From a virus, in IMG/VR virus record IMGVR_UViG_3300032242_002477, positions 1 to 64,000 of that record: 64,000 nucleotides of DNA. One strand, written 5' to 3'. This document shows positions 31,385 to 41,501 of this stretch, one piece after another. Every line of letters begins with the position of its first letter. Position 1 is the stretch's first letter. The notes beneath the pieces are model-generated. The model searched no databases and was not told the origin of the DNA. It saw only the letters and a list, made by a program, of their open reading frames with translations. A program made the translations under genes and the position numbers.

Positions 31385-31924
31385 ATGGAAGACATTGAGA
31401 ATGAGCGTTTCAACCTTTTAATTTGCAAAACTTGCAAAACAATTGAAGAGCTTCCGTATACTAAAACTGGCGAGTATCTTGGCCAGGGTAAGTACAAGCA
31501 GGATGATAATCCATTTGTACAACAAGCTGCCGATAGGCATCCAGACCATGTAGGCGCCCCGTTAATGGATGTGCAATTTGCTGTTTGGATGACTCAAAAG
31601 TATAAAGATGGTGTCGTAGAGCAGCTTCGTGAAACTTTTTTTGGAAAAGGCGCGTCTCAAGGTTTGGACGTTTTTGGTACAGGATTTTATGGACTAAAAG
31701 ATACTTATAGTCAAGACGCGATGTCATGTTGGAAACTACATAACAGTCCTAAAGGTCAATGCGACGATTACAAATCTGAGCGTAAGCTTTTGGACCCAGG
31801 CACATCTAAAGAACGTGCTGCTGAAGGCTTAGGCAAATCTAATATTAAAGTTTATTTATGCGATTTTTGTCCAGTTAAAATGTATAACCAAAAGAAAGCA
31901 TATGAAGAACGAGGGCTATACTAA
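31385..31924 (+). CDS. Cys-containing hypothetical protein
   Basis: SD AGGAG; CKTC...CDFC. Confidence 0.6.
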   Translation: MEDIENERFNLLICKTCKTIEELPYTKTGEYLGQGKYKQDDNPFVQQAADRHPDHVGAPLMDVQFAVWMTQKYKDGVVEQLRETFFGKGASQGLDVFGTGFYGLKDTYSQDAMSCWKLHNSPKGQCDDYKSERKLLDPGTSKERAAEGLGKSNIKVYLCDFCPVKMYNQKKAYEERGLY

Positions 31925-32444
31925 TGGAAGAATTACCAACTAAAGAAGAAAGCCCCGATGTAGAGACGGCGTTTATTGTTTATAAAACATTTGACGGGTC
32001 GTTTCACGCTACACCAGCCTTAGATATATCGTTTATTGTTGACCATTTAGCTACAAAACAAGATATAAAGACCGCAATGTCTGAATTACTTGAATCCATG
32101 CACCAAACTGCTATAGCAGAAGTTTTATTACGTAAATTAACTGAAAAAAATAACGAGGATAGCTAGAAAAAAACGGGTGAGATACGTCAAACTTTACGTG
32201 ATAGAAAAGACATGGCGTAACTACAAACTTAGGCGGTACTATGTTCATCGAAATGAATTGCCAGTGCATGGCTAACGTGCATATTGAAACAGAAGAAAAC
32301 GAATCGTTAGCCGTACTATGGGCACAAAAGTTTGTAGAAGCGCATGAATCATGCGGATATATGGCTCCGACTAAAGTTGATACTCCTGAAGTAACTAAAC
32401 GATATCACATTTCAACAGAGATAAAGCGTAGAGAAAAGGAATAA
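31924..32444 (+). CDS. Two small hypothetical proteins (31924-32166, 32241-32444)
   Basis: ORF track, same strand. Confidence 0.5.
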
Positions 32445-32461
32445 TCCAGTAGTATTAGGGA

Positions 32462-33394
32462 ATGGATTACCAAGAGTTATTGAGCGAGCAAGCTGAGCCA
32501 GTGGATATTGAGCCTGGTTCTACTTCTTACTTTAGCAAGCCCGAAACTCACTTAGACCCCCGTCTATTTCGCAGCGGCAAACTTATTCCCAACGTTCGTG
32601 ACGCCATCCTTAGTATTTTATTTGGGTATTTAAATAATACTTACCAAAGCGCTGAGTCTTGGACACACGCTTGGATAGCAGGTTCTGGAGCATCCTACCA
32701 ATGGGCAGCGGCCAGAGAGCCAGCAGATTTGGATTGTTTAGTTGGCATTGATTATATTATATTTCGCCAATCAAATGATAAATACGCTGGATTTAGCAAC
32801 CAAGAAATAGCTAATATGTTAAATTCCGAATTTCGGAATTACATTTGGCCAGATACTGAGCATTTTTTAAACACTTTTGAGTTAACTTTTTATGTAAATG
32901 TGCAGACAGATATTAAAAATATTAAGCCGTATGCCGCCTATTCATTGACGGACGATACTTGGGTTGTAGAGCCTCAGTTAATAGAGACAAAGCACAAACC
33001 CGAATGGGACGTAAAAATTATAAGAGATAAATCTATGGCATTAGAAATATTAAGCCGTTACACTCAGGCTTTAAATAAAATTCATGCAGCTACAAATCCT
33101 TCAGCCAAATTAAATGCAGAGAACGAGCTACAGCTAGCTGTACAGCAGGGAGCTGCTTTATTTGATTCTATACATTTAGGTCGTAGAGTAGCCTTTAGCC
33201 AAAGTGGTCAAGGATATTTAGATTATGCTAATTATCGTTGGCAATCCCACAAAGAAATGGGAATCGTTCCAGCTTTAAAAAAGCTAAAAGATATGTCTGA
33301 ATCTGCTAAAAAAACATATGAAGAAAACACTTACGGAGCAGAACTGCCAACAACCGATACGTTATTGCGGAGAGCAATCACTACTAACAAATAA
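32462..33394 (+). CDS. Pol-beta-superfamily nucleotidyltransferase
   Basis: 'IAGSGASY...DLDCLV' (GS-Xn-DxD). Confidence 0.65.
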   Translation: MDYQELLSEQAEPVDIEPGSTSYFSKPETHLDPRLFRSGKLIPNVRDAILSILFGYLNNTYQSAESWTHAWIAGSGASYQWAAAREPADLDCLVGIDYIIFRQSNDKYAGFSNQEIANMLNSEFRNYIWPDTEHFLNTFELTFYVNVQTDIKNIKPYAAYSLTDDTWVVEPQLIETKHKPEWDVKIIRDKSMALEILSRYTQALNKIHAATNPSAKLNAENELQLAVQQGAALFDSIHLGRRVAFSQSGQGYLDYANYRWQSHKEMGIVPALKKLKDMSESAKKTYEENTYGAELPTTDTLLRRAITTNK

Positions 33395-33408
33395 TTTGGG
33401 GTAAATAC

Positions 33409-33870
33409 GTGGCTTTATTAATGTATCTAGACGGAGTACTCAGAAACGGGAAAAAAGTTCCGATTCGCGAGTCAATGGCTTTTTATCGTAGTACAAAAGA
33501 AAATATTAAAATAATTCTAGCTGCTGACAGTAAGTCTGAAGGTGACCAATGGCTGCGTACTCATAATTTAAAGCAGTTTGACGATATTGTGGGCGATGAG
33601 GTACCTATGGTAGCCCCCACCTTGCAGATTAGTCAGGCAGAATACATTCGTTCTCAGGGACAAGGCAAGTTGTCGATGGTTATCACCGCAGACCCTGAGC
33701 TGGCTAAAGAGTTATTAGAGCGCGGGTTTACCGTAATGTTATTCCTAAACCCGTTGTACGCAGACCCAGCCAGCCGACCAGATAGTTCTGAAGGCCGCCG
33801 TAAATGGGAAGACATTACATCTGCCATAGACCGACAACAGGAATTATTTATGGAAGACCCACGAACTTGA
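33409..33870 (+). CDS. HAD-like protein
   Basis: 'MYLDGVL' degenerate motif I. Confidence 0.45.
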   Translation: MALLMYLDGVLRNGKKVPIRESMAFYRSTKENIKIILAADSKSEGDQWLRTHNLKQFDDIVGDEVPMVAPTLQISQAEYIRSQGQGKLSMVITADPELAKELLERGFTVMLFLNPLYADPASRPDSSEGRRKWEDITSAIDRQQELFMEDPRT

Positions 33871-35342
33871 ACATAATATATTTGGGTGCCGAAGTCCCTA
33901 GTAATAGAACCATTTTGGAAGAATCTGGGGCCTCCCATGTTGGCGTCAGCTTTTGGCGGCTAACAAAGCGTGGGATGCCTAAAACTAAGGCTTATCTGTT
34001 ATCAAATTATTTTAGCCCTAATATGAATATATTTGTTCATCCAGGTATACCACGGGGAGAGAATTTAGACCGACTGCAGCTAGAAGCCTTTGCCGCCGAG
34101 TACGAAGAGTTTGTGGCAAATAATATAGACCGTATTAATATGTTTACAGAGGTTACCCATCCACAGCTTAGCCAAGCCTTTATAGAGGAACAACGTAGGA
34201 CTTGTTGGTCTGAGGTTACGCCGTCTAAATTCTTACCTGTATGGGCTACAGAGACTGGAAAACAGGGTCTTGAAGAGTTAGCCCTAAAATATTTAGATAT
34301 AGGTATATCGGGCGAAAGTATAGAGGAGTTTACTTGGTTAGCTTCTGAAACCCGTCGGTTGCGTCAATATGGCACTCGTTTTCACGCCCTAGCTTGTGCT
34401 AAACCTGATAATTTACGACAAGTTTGTGTTGAGTCAGCTTCGACTTTATCGTGGATTTCCCCTATGACTAGAGGCGAAACTATAGTTTGGGACGGTACTC
34501 GTTTAGTCCGTTACCCAAAGAAAATGAAAGACCAAGCCCGTACAAGATATCGTAAAGTGTACGAAAAGTCTGGTGTTGATTTCGATAAGATTATGGAAGA
34601 CGATGATAGAGAGGTTTGTAAATTAGCCGTATGGTCATACCAACAATTGGAGATAAAACTAAGCATGATTAACAATAATGGTTCAGACGGCTATGAGTTA
34701 TATGATAACAGTGACGATTTAGATGAGTCTTTATTTGAGGAAAGTACCCCCAGCGATGCTGATAAGAAGGGTATTGATGTACGGAAACTTGAACCAAGAA
34801 ACCCATCTGAAATGGTTGCGCTACCAGTATTTGGGTATGAGTTTAAAGAGGTAATTGAGAATGAAAATGGCAAGGATGTAATTAAAGAAGTTCCTGTTAT
34901 AAAGTCAAATTCAAGTACTTTAAGAGCATGCGATACTTGCTTTGTAGCTTCTAACTGTCCCGCATTTAAGCCTCAAACCATGTGTGCATTTAACTTACCA
35001 GTAGAGGTAAAGACTAAAGAACAACTTAAGAGTTTAATTAACACAATAATTGAAATGCAAGGTCAACGCGTTGCTTTTATGCGTTTTGCTGAGGAAATGA
35101 GCGGCGGATACGCTGACCCGAATGTATCGCAAGAAATCGACCGTTTGTTTAAGTTAATTAAAACTGTTAAAGAATTGGATGACTCTAGAGAGTTTATTAG
35201 AATGACTGTAGAGCGCCAAGGAGGGGCAGGTGTGTTGTCTTCTATATTTGGAGATAAGGCACAAGCCCTAAAAGAACTACCTAATAATGGGTTGGATGAG
35301 GACCAAACAACGCGTATTATCCAGCAATCTATTGAAGAATAG
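33867..35342 (+). CDS. TGT/DpdA-like TIM-barrel protein fused to a Cys-cluster C-terminal domain
   Basis: 'FHALA...ESASTLSW...RGE' resembles TGT 'HGFG...S.DSSSW..RYG'; CDTC..SNCP...C. Confidence 0.45.
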   Translation: MNIIYLGAEVPSNRTILEESGASHVGVSFWRLTKRGMPKTKAYLLSNYFSPNMNIFVHPGIPRGENLDRLQLEAFAAEYEEFVANNIDRINMFTEVTHPQLSQAFIEEQRRTCWSEVTPSKFLPVWATETGKQGLEELALKYLDIGISGESIEEFTWLASETRRLRQYGTRFHALACAKPDNLRQVCVESASTLSWISPMTRGETIVWDGTRLVRYPKKMKDQARTRYRKVYEKSGVDFDKIMEDDDREVCKLAVWSYQQLEIKLSMINNNGSDGYELYDNSDDLDESLFEESTPSDADKKGIDVRKLEPRNPSEMVALPVFGYEFKEVIENENGKDVIKEVPVIKSNSSTLRACDTCFVASNCPAFKPQTMCAFNLPVEVKTKEQLKSLINTIIEMQGQRVAFMRFAEEMSGGYADPNVSQEIDRLFKLIKTVKELDDSREFIRMTVERQGGAGVLSSIFGDKAQALKELPNNGLDEDQTTRIIQQSIEE

Positions 35343-35495
35343 TTATATGATAATAAGCCAATTTCTATGGTGAATCGACACTGCTCCATTAATTAGACAT
35401 TGGTTCTACTGCGGAGTAAGTTTGGCTACGATAAAATTAATACCTCCCGCCAACGCGGGATTTTCTATTTACGATAACAATAAGAGGAGATATAC

Positions 35496-37529
35496 ATGCT
35501 GACTTTCCGTTTAGCTGAGGATTTTGTAGCTAGTTACCAAAATGAGAAAGTTCCTTGGGGCTACCAAGACGCGGCAGGAAACAGCGTGGGCGAGATTACT
35601 TTTCTTCGAACTTACTCAAGAATAAAGCCTGATGGAACCAAAGAAACATGGACAGATGTTTGCGAACGAGTTATCAATGGGATGTACTCTATTCAAAAAG
35701 ACCACTGTAAAAGCCAACGATTACCTTGGAATGACTCTAAAGCGCAGTCTTCAGCTAAAGAAGCTTTTGACCGCATGTTCAAGTTAAAGTGGACACCGCC
35801 AGGTCGTGGACTTTGGGTTATGGGTACACCTATCGTCAATGAACAAAAAAACTCAGCAGCTTTGCAGAACTGCTCGTTCGTATCTACCGCAGAAATGACC
35901 AAATTAAATCCCGCTAAACCATTCGCTTTTCTTATGGAAGCCTCAATGCTCGGAGTGGGCGTTGGCTTTGATGATAAGGGTGCAGATAAGGACTTTACTA
36001 TTTATGAACCTCAACCCGATACCGACTCTATTGTCATCCCAGACACCCGTGAAGGCTGGGTTGAAAGCGCTGCCACCCTCATCAATTCCTACCTTAAGCC
36101 AGATTCGAAGAGCCCTAAATTCGACTACTCACTCATCCGACCAGAAGGAGCTCCGATTGCAACCTTTGGAGGTACCGCTGCGGGGCCTGAGCCGTTAATT
36201 AAGTTGCACAATCATATTCGTAAAATATTTAACGGTCGTGCTGGAGAAAAATTAACCCGAGTAGATATTGCTGATATTGGAAATCTAATTGGAGTTTGCG
36301 TGGTATCTGGAAATGTTCGCCGTAGTGCTGAATTGTTTATGGGTCGCGTAGATGACCAAGATTTTTTAAATCTAAAGAACCCAGATGTATATCCAGAACG
36401 CAACTCTTATAACCCAGAAGCTCCTGGTTGGGCCTGGATGAGCAACAATTCTGTAGCAGTAAATGTAGGAGATGACTTGTCTAATATTATTGACGGCATT
36501 GCTCGCAACGGTGAGCCTGGGGTAATCTGGATGGATGTCACCCGTAAATATGGTCGTTTAATTGACCCTGAAAATAATAAAGATTGGCGAGCTTCAGGCT
36601 ACAACCCGTGTGCCGAGCAATCTTTGGAGTCTTTTGAATGTTGTACTTTGGTAGAGACCTATGTTAACCGACATGATTCTTTAGAAGATTTTAAGCGAAC
36701 ACTTAAGTTTGCTTACCTTTACGCCAAGACTGTTACTTTGCTCCCGACTCATTGGGAGGAAACAAATGCGATTATGCAACGTAACCGTCGTATAGGAACT
36801 TCTATTTCAGGTATCGCTAACTTTGCCGACAGCAAGGGTTTGCCAATGCTGCGCGATTGGATGGATACAGGTTATTCTACTGTTACTTCCTACGATAAAA
36901 TATATTCAGAGTGGCTTGGTATTCGTGAATCTATTAAAATGACCACAGTTAAGCCCTCAGGAACCGTGAGCATCCTAGCTGGTGAATCTCCAGGGGTTCA
37001 CTGGACTGTTGGCGGAAAATATTTTCTACGCGCTATTCGTTTTCGTAATGGCGACCCAATGCTACCTCTCTTTAAACTGGCTCAATACACAGTTGAACCT
37101 GCAAGTGAGGACCCTGAGGGTACTTCTGTGGTGTTCTTTCCAGTTAAATCAGAAGCGGTTCGCTCAGAGAAAGATGTTTCTATCTTTGAAAAGATGGCTC
37201 TCGCGGCTACCGCTCAACGATACTGGTCAGACAATTCAGTATCAGTAACCATTTCTTTTGACCCTGAGACTGAGGCTTCTGCCGTTGGGACTGTGCTTCA
37301 CATGTACGACGGACAACTTAAGACCGTTTCTTTCTTACCTTCAGGAAATGCGGTATATCCGCAAATGCCTTACACTCAAATAGATGAGGAAAAATATAAT
37401 GACTATACAATGAAATTATTTCCTATTGACTTTTCGGGTGTATACGCTGGTATGGCAGCCGACGCTATTGGCGAAAACTACTGCACTACAGACGCTTGCG
37501 AGATTAAGTTGATTAAAGATAATCAATAA
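35496..37529 (+). CDS. nrdJ: Class II (adenosylcobalamin-dependent) ribonucleotide reductase
   Basis: 'RTYSR', 'PPGRGLW', 'NC', 'GNVRRSA', 'NPCAEQ', 'TVKPSGTVS', C-terminal CTTDAC. Confidence 0.93.
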   Translation: MLTFRLAEDFVASYQNEKVPWGYQDAAGNSVGEITFLRTYSRIKPDGTKETWTDVCERVINGMYSIQKDHCKSQRLPWNDSKAQSSAKEAFDRMFKLKWTPPGRGLWVMGTPIVNEQKNSAALQNCSFVSTAEMTKLNPAKPFAFLMEASMLGVGVGFDDKGADKDFTIYEPQPDTDSIVIPDTREGWVESAATLINSYLKPDSKSPKFDYSLIRPEGAPIATFGGTAAGPEPLIKLHNHIRKIFNGRAGEKLTRVDIADIGNLIGVCVVSGNVRRSAELFMGRVDDQDFLNLKNPDVYPERNSYNPEAPGWAWMSNNSVAVNVGDDLSNIIDGIARNGEPGVIWMDVTRKYGRLIDPENNKDWRASGYNPCAEQSLESFECCTLVETYVNRHDSLEDFKRTLKFAYLYAKTVTLLPTHWEETNAIMQRNRRIGTSISGIANFADSKGLPMLRDWMDTGYSTVTSYDKIYSEWLGIRESIKMTTVKPSGTVSILAGESPGVHWTVGGKYFLRAIRFRNGDPMLPLFKLAQYTVEPASEDPEGTSVVFFPVKSEAVRSEKDVSIFEKMALAATAQRYWSDNSVSVTISFDPETEASAVGTVLHMYDGQLKTVSFLPSGNAVYPQMPYTQIDEEKYNDYTMKLFPIDFSGVYAGMAADAIGENYCTTDACEIKLIKDNQ

Positions 37530-37539
37530 GCAAGCAAAT

Positions 37540-37565
37540 AAAAAAGCCCCCGAAAGGGGGCTTTT
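37540..37565. terminator. Bidirectional intrinsic terminator
   Basis: AAAAAAGCCCCC-GAAA-GGGGGCTTTT between convergent genes. Confidence 0.88.
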
Positions 37566-37571
37566 CTATTT

Positions 37572-38227
37572 TTACCACATCCCTAAATATTTCTCTCTTA
37601 AGTTGTCGTGACCTTCGTAGGCTTGGTACTTGGTAGAATATCTCTCTAAATGCACTGAGTTCATATCAGAGTCAAACACTACGGTTTGAAATATTAAAGG
37701 GGGTTCATTAGGTGTCCAGCGGTTATATGAGCTATTGACTGGGGTATGGGTTGGCATATCTACTCCAACCCATTTAGTAATAATTAAATACCCATTTAAA
37801 TCGTGCTTTCTATTAAATATTTTACCGCTGGATAAAGCGCACCACTCTTTTAAATTAATGCTTTCTCCATCTTCATTGAAGAATACATTAGAATCATAAT
37901 CCTTACGAGTAAGGACTATTTTATTTTTAGTCATTAAACTGCCACTTTTACTCTAATAGTTGCTTTAAATGATTGAGGTTTTTCGTTAACAAAGTTATCC
38001 TCAACCCATTTAACAGACTTTTTACCTGTCCAAGAAAGCAAGAAAGCTTTAGCCTCTCTTTTACCTGCCGACGCACTTGTTGTGGCTGAGTAAACTGTTT
38101 TACTTTCCAAAAAATCATTTTCTGCGGTTTGTTCAAGTAGTGCTCCTGTAATCAACCAAGCACCGCCTTTAGTTTGAATTTTGTCAACTGTTAGGTGAAC
38201 TTCTACTTCTTTTTTCTTTATTGCCAT
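37572..38227 (-). CDS. Two hypothetical proteins (37572-37934, 37934-38227)
   Basis: Coupled ORFs. Confidence 0.55.
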
Positions 38228-38652
38228 TATATTTTCTCCTTATATTTTTTTATTTTAGTTGGCCAATAATACGGAATATCATTACTTACCTGGAACTGAG
38301 GGCCGTAATGTTCTGGGTCTTTTCGCAGCAAATTTGATTGGTGGGAGATGTGGAACTCTGCGTCACCTAACCACTGCGGAAAGTTTGTGTTGGCATTATT
38401 TGTGAACTTGGGTAATAGACTATCATTAAAACCTCTATGAATCCACTCACGACAGATGATAAATCCGTATTTATTAAGGGCTGGCTCGAACCCCTGCCAC
38501 ATTAAAACAGCAGGGTGATTTCGCCAGCCTTTAGTATTACCTGCTAACACATTTAATATTTGATACGCCTCTACTCGTTGCTTACCGAGTCGCTTGTTAT
38601 CCAAGCTCTTCGCGGTTTGTTCAAAGTCGGGGTATGGCAAAAAAGTCTGCAC
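38227..38652 (-). CDS. Pyrimidine-dimer DNA glycosylase family (MSMEG_6728-like)
   Basis: 'QTFLPY...LDNKRLGKQRVE...HPAVLMW...SHQSNLLRKDP'. Confidence 0.85.
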   Translation of the reverse strand: MQTFLPYPDFEQTAKSLDNKRLGKQRVEAYQILNVLAGNTKGWRNHPAVLMWQGFEPALNKYGFIICREWIHRGFNDSLLPKFTNNANTNFPQWLGDAEFHISHQSNLLRKDPEHYGPQFQVSNDIPYYWPTKIKKYKEKI

Positions 38653-38807
38653 TATTCCTCCCAATACTTTACGATAGTTTTAATGGTGGTGTGGATATGG
38701 CAATCACACTCATCACCACCCATATTCTCATCAAACTCAAAGTGTCCTAAGTTATCCTCATAAATTACATCTATAAGTTCCTTAATTGTGTAAAGTTTGT
38801 ATCCCAT
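38652..38807 (-). CDS. 51-aa hypothetical protein, absent from ORF track
   Basis: MGYKLYTIKELIDVIYEDN...; abuts neighbours. Confidence 0.55.
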   Translation of the reverse strand: MGYKLYTIKELIDVIYEDNLGHFEFDENMGGDECDCHIHTTIKTIVKYWEE

Positions 38808-38810
38808 AGG

Positions 38811-39065
38811 TTACGCTACTTTTCTTTTAGACACAACTGTCACAGGCGACTCATAGCCTGTGCCGTCGTAAACTCTACCGCCCCACACGCCATAAGTACC
38901 GACGTGACTGTCTGCGTATTTTCGGCAAGCTTCGATTAAGTGGCATTTGTTACAGATACTTATTGCAAGTGCTACCTCCTGCTTACGTCGAAAGTTGTTA
39001 GAAGGAAAGAACACTTCGGAGTCTGTTTGGGCGCATAACTGCGTTCCGTCATACGGATTATTCAT
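38811..39065 (-). CDS. whiB: Second WhiB-family protein
   Basis: CAQTDSEVFFP...CNKC....C...GVWGG. Confidence 0.88.
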   Translation of the reverse strand: MNNPYDGTQLCAQTDSEVFFPSNNFRRKQEVALAISICNKCHLIEACRKYADSHVGTYGVWGGRVYDGTGYESPVTVVSKRKVA

Positions 39066-39191
39066 TAAAGTTCTCCACATATCTATCGCACTCCCGACAA
39101 TCACCTTCGTTAACTCCTGCGATATGAGTCCACTTTCGATTCTTACAAATTAATTCGTTTGGGACATATTCGCCTAATATTAATTCATCTT

Positions 39192-39404
39192 TCATAGTGT
39201 TAATCCTGCCTTTCGTAATGCTGCTCGTATTTTGTATAAAGCTCGTACATCGCTTGGAGTTTGCGATGAAAAATATATAAATCCGTCAGGTCTTATCCAT
39301 TTAATATGACCACCGTTACTTTTTTCCAACCTCCAACCCTCTGATACGGCTACCCGCATAATTTTTTGTAGCTCACGATTGTTCGATATTTTGCGTAATC
39401 GCAC
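39192..39404 (-). CDS. HicA-like mRNA interferase fold
   Basis: 'GWRLEKSNGGHIKWIRPDG...TPSD'. Confidence 0.65.
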   Translation of the reverse strand: MRLRKISNNRELQKIMRVAVSEGWRLEKSNGGHIKWIRPDGFIYFSSQTPSDVRALYKIRAALRKAGLTL

Positions 39405-39521
39405 GTTCTTGCTCCTCCAATTTTTTTATGACTCGTTTGGTTTGGGCATTAGGTACTAATTGCCATAATATTTCTTTTGCCAATTTAATAGTATTAAGTT
39501 GAATATTTTTTTCTGTGTCGT

Positions 39522-41501
39522 TCATCGACGTGCTCCAATCTGTGCCTTAACGATATCGCTGGCAATCTCCACCAAGTGACGAGGTTCAGTAATAACATTA
39601 AAGAACTGGGCATAGTGTCGATACTGCTCAATGGACTCTACTTCATCAAACCCTTCGTAGATGTGACCAATAAACACGGTGCTGGTAATGACTCCCTTGT
39701 CGTTGAGTCGTTTTACTACATCATCGCAAGGTTCAGAATTATCAAATCCACCGTCAGTTATGATGAATAGTAATTTGGTAGAGCGCGAAGTCATATCAAA
39801 TATTTGTTCGGCTTCCGTAAGTGCACCAGTTGGATTTGTAGTTCCGTTTGTGTGAAGTACTGGAACTACATGGGGGTCTGTATCCTCATCAGCACTAAAC
39901 ATTAAACGGCTATTACTATTAAAAGAATATACGGTGGTGTTAGCGTTAAGTGCTTGAAGCCCACGCTTGATAGACCATACCGCATGGGAAGCGTGGAGAA
40001 CACGACCGCTCATTGAACTTGAGCAGTCTACAAGAATTACCGCTTCCATTTCTGTAGAATAATCAGCTTCCTCCCAGCGGTCAAACATACGATACAGGTC
40101 GTTGATACCTGAGTTCATAGTGCGTTGGACATTAAGTCGACCCTGAGGAACTTCGCGTACCCACGACTGCTCGTTATCTAATTCTAAGCGTTCGAGTTCA
40201 CGCGCAAACTCATCTGAAGCGTGACGATAATCCTCCATAACCGAACTTTTAGATGTGTTAGAGCGACCGAGAGTACCGTTGTATTCGTCGTTGAGATACA
40301 CGGACTCACGGAACTGTTGAATTTCTTGGGCAACGTGCGTGTTTGTTTTGAGTTTTTTAATGCGCTCGTTGATTTGGTCAGCTAACTTGTGGTCGGCTTC
40401 TGAGTATTGGTGCTCGTTTTCTATATCATTATTAGTGGTATCAAAATTATTATCATCACCTGAACCGCTATCTGAATTACTACCTGTTAATGATACTTCT
40501 GGAGCATTACCGAACATCTGTTCGGCTTTCTTGGAATCCTGCTCCTGAGCTTTTCCGCTAGTAGCACGACCTTTAGTAAGTGGGTTGTCTTTGCCACCGC
40601 AAGGGCTACTGATTTTAATATTATTACCAGCAGAATTATCGCCCTGTTTATCGCTTATTTCCTGGCCAGGAACTCCGCCACTACCGTTACCTTTTGGCAT
40701 ATCATTACCTGTGCCCACGATATCTGCAAACCGTTTGATGAGTGCTTTGGCTAAGTAATTATTGTCAGGAAAGGTAAGATAAATATATTCGTCGATGATG
40801 TCGGCAACGGATTTGGCGAGTTCCTGTCCATAATTATCTACGAACATTGAAGTAATCCGTTGGCGAATCCCAAAGTCCATATATTTTCTGCCATGAATTA
40901 ATATGAACGAATCAGCACTTTCGGACTCCAACATGACGTATCGCAGTGCGTTAGCTTCAAGAAAGAATCGAACGCTGGGAAAACGAGCCGTCATAAGTAA
41001 CTCGATACGTTGGTCCTCTAATATATTAAAGGCGTTCATAAAGTCGTTTTCAATTACCCACTTAACGAACTCCGACCCACCTCTAGGCGTGTAAAGGCTA
41101 TGGCAGATTTCGTGATAGTTAATTCCGTGAAGGCTAGGAATATCCTCCTCCGATAGCAACTTCACGACTTCACGGTTGAACGAGATATTTTTGCCGTCGT
41201 TCCAAGCCGACACCTGTGTAGGGATTTCGGGCGTTACGATTTGCACCGTAATATCCTCACCAGTAAGGATACGGTCGAACTTGGTATACACTTTTGTAGC
41301 TGATATCAAAGCCGAATCTTTTGAGCGGATAAAGCAGTCGATTTCTACTAATAATTGCTCATATTCGTGAATCGTATATACATCATCATTTAGAAGGTTT
41401 TTGACCGTATCAACACCGAACTCCTCGTCAATGATTTCCCAGTTGGCGCGTAAAAATTCGACAGTAATCTCCTTCTGAAGCTTTAAATGAGCGTGTGTCA
41501 T
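39522..41501 (-). CDS. Metallopeptidase-like (HExxH) + VWA domain protein (CobT-like)
   Basis: HEICH, 'NILEDQRIE', MIDAS DCSSSM, 'ITDG'. Confidence 0.8.
   Translation of the reverse strand: MTHAHLKLQKEITVEFLRANWEIIDEEFGVDTVKNLLNDDVYTIHEYEQLLVEIDCFIRSKDSALISATKVYTKFDRILTGEDITVQIVTPEIPTQVSAWNDGKNISFNREVVKLLSEEDIPSLHGINYHEICHSLYTPRGGSEFVKWVIENDFMNAFNILEDQRIELLMTARFPSVRFFLEANALRYVMLESESADSFILIHGRKYMDFGIRQRITSMFVDNYGQELAKSVADIIDEYIYLTFPDNNYLAKALIKRFADIVGTGNDMPKGNGSGGVPGQEISDKQGDNSAGNNIKISSPCGGKDNPLTKGRATSGKAQEQDSKKAEQMFGNAPEVSLTGSNSDSGSGDDNNFDTTNNDIENEHQYSEADHKLADQINERIKKLKTNTHVAQEIQQFRESVYLNDEYNGTLGRSNTSKSSVMEDYRHASDEFARELERLELDNEQSWVREVPQGRLNVQRTMNSGINDLYRMFDRWEEADYSTEMEAVILVDCSSSMSGRVLHASHAVWSIKRGLQALNANTTVYSFNSNSRLMFSADEDTDPHVVPVLHTNGTTNPTGALTEAEQIFDMTSRSTKLLFIITDGGFDNSEPCDDVVKRLNDKGVITSTVFIGHIYEGFDEVESIEQYRHYAQFFNVITEPRHLVEIASDIVKAQIGARR

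Noticed and set aside
35343-35495. Cobalamin riboswitch or NrdR box upstream of nrdJ
   Set aside because: Spacer is short with no B12-box or NrdR consensus recognised; only a small TCCCGC/GCGGGA hairpin
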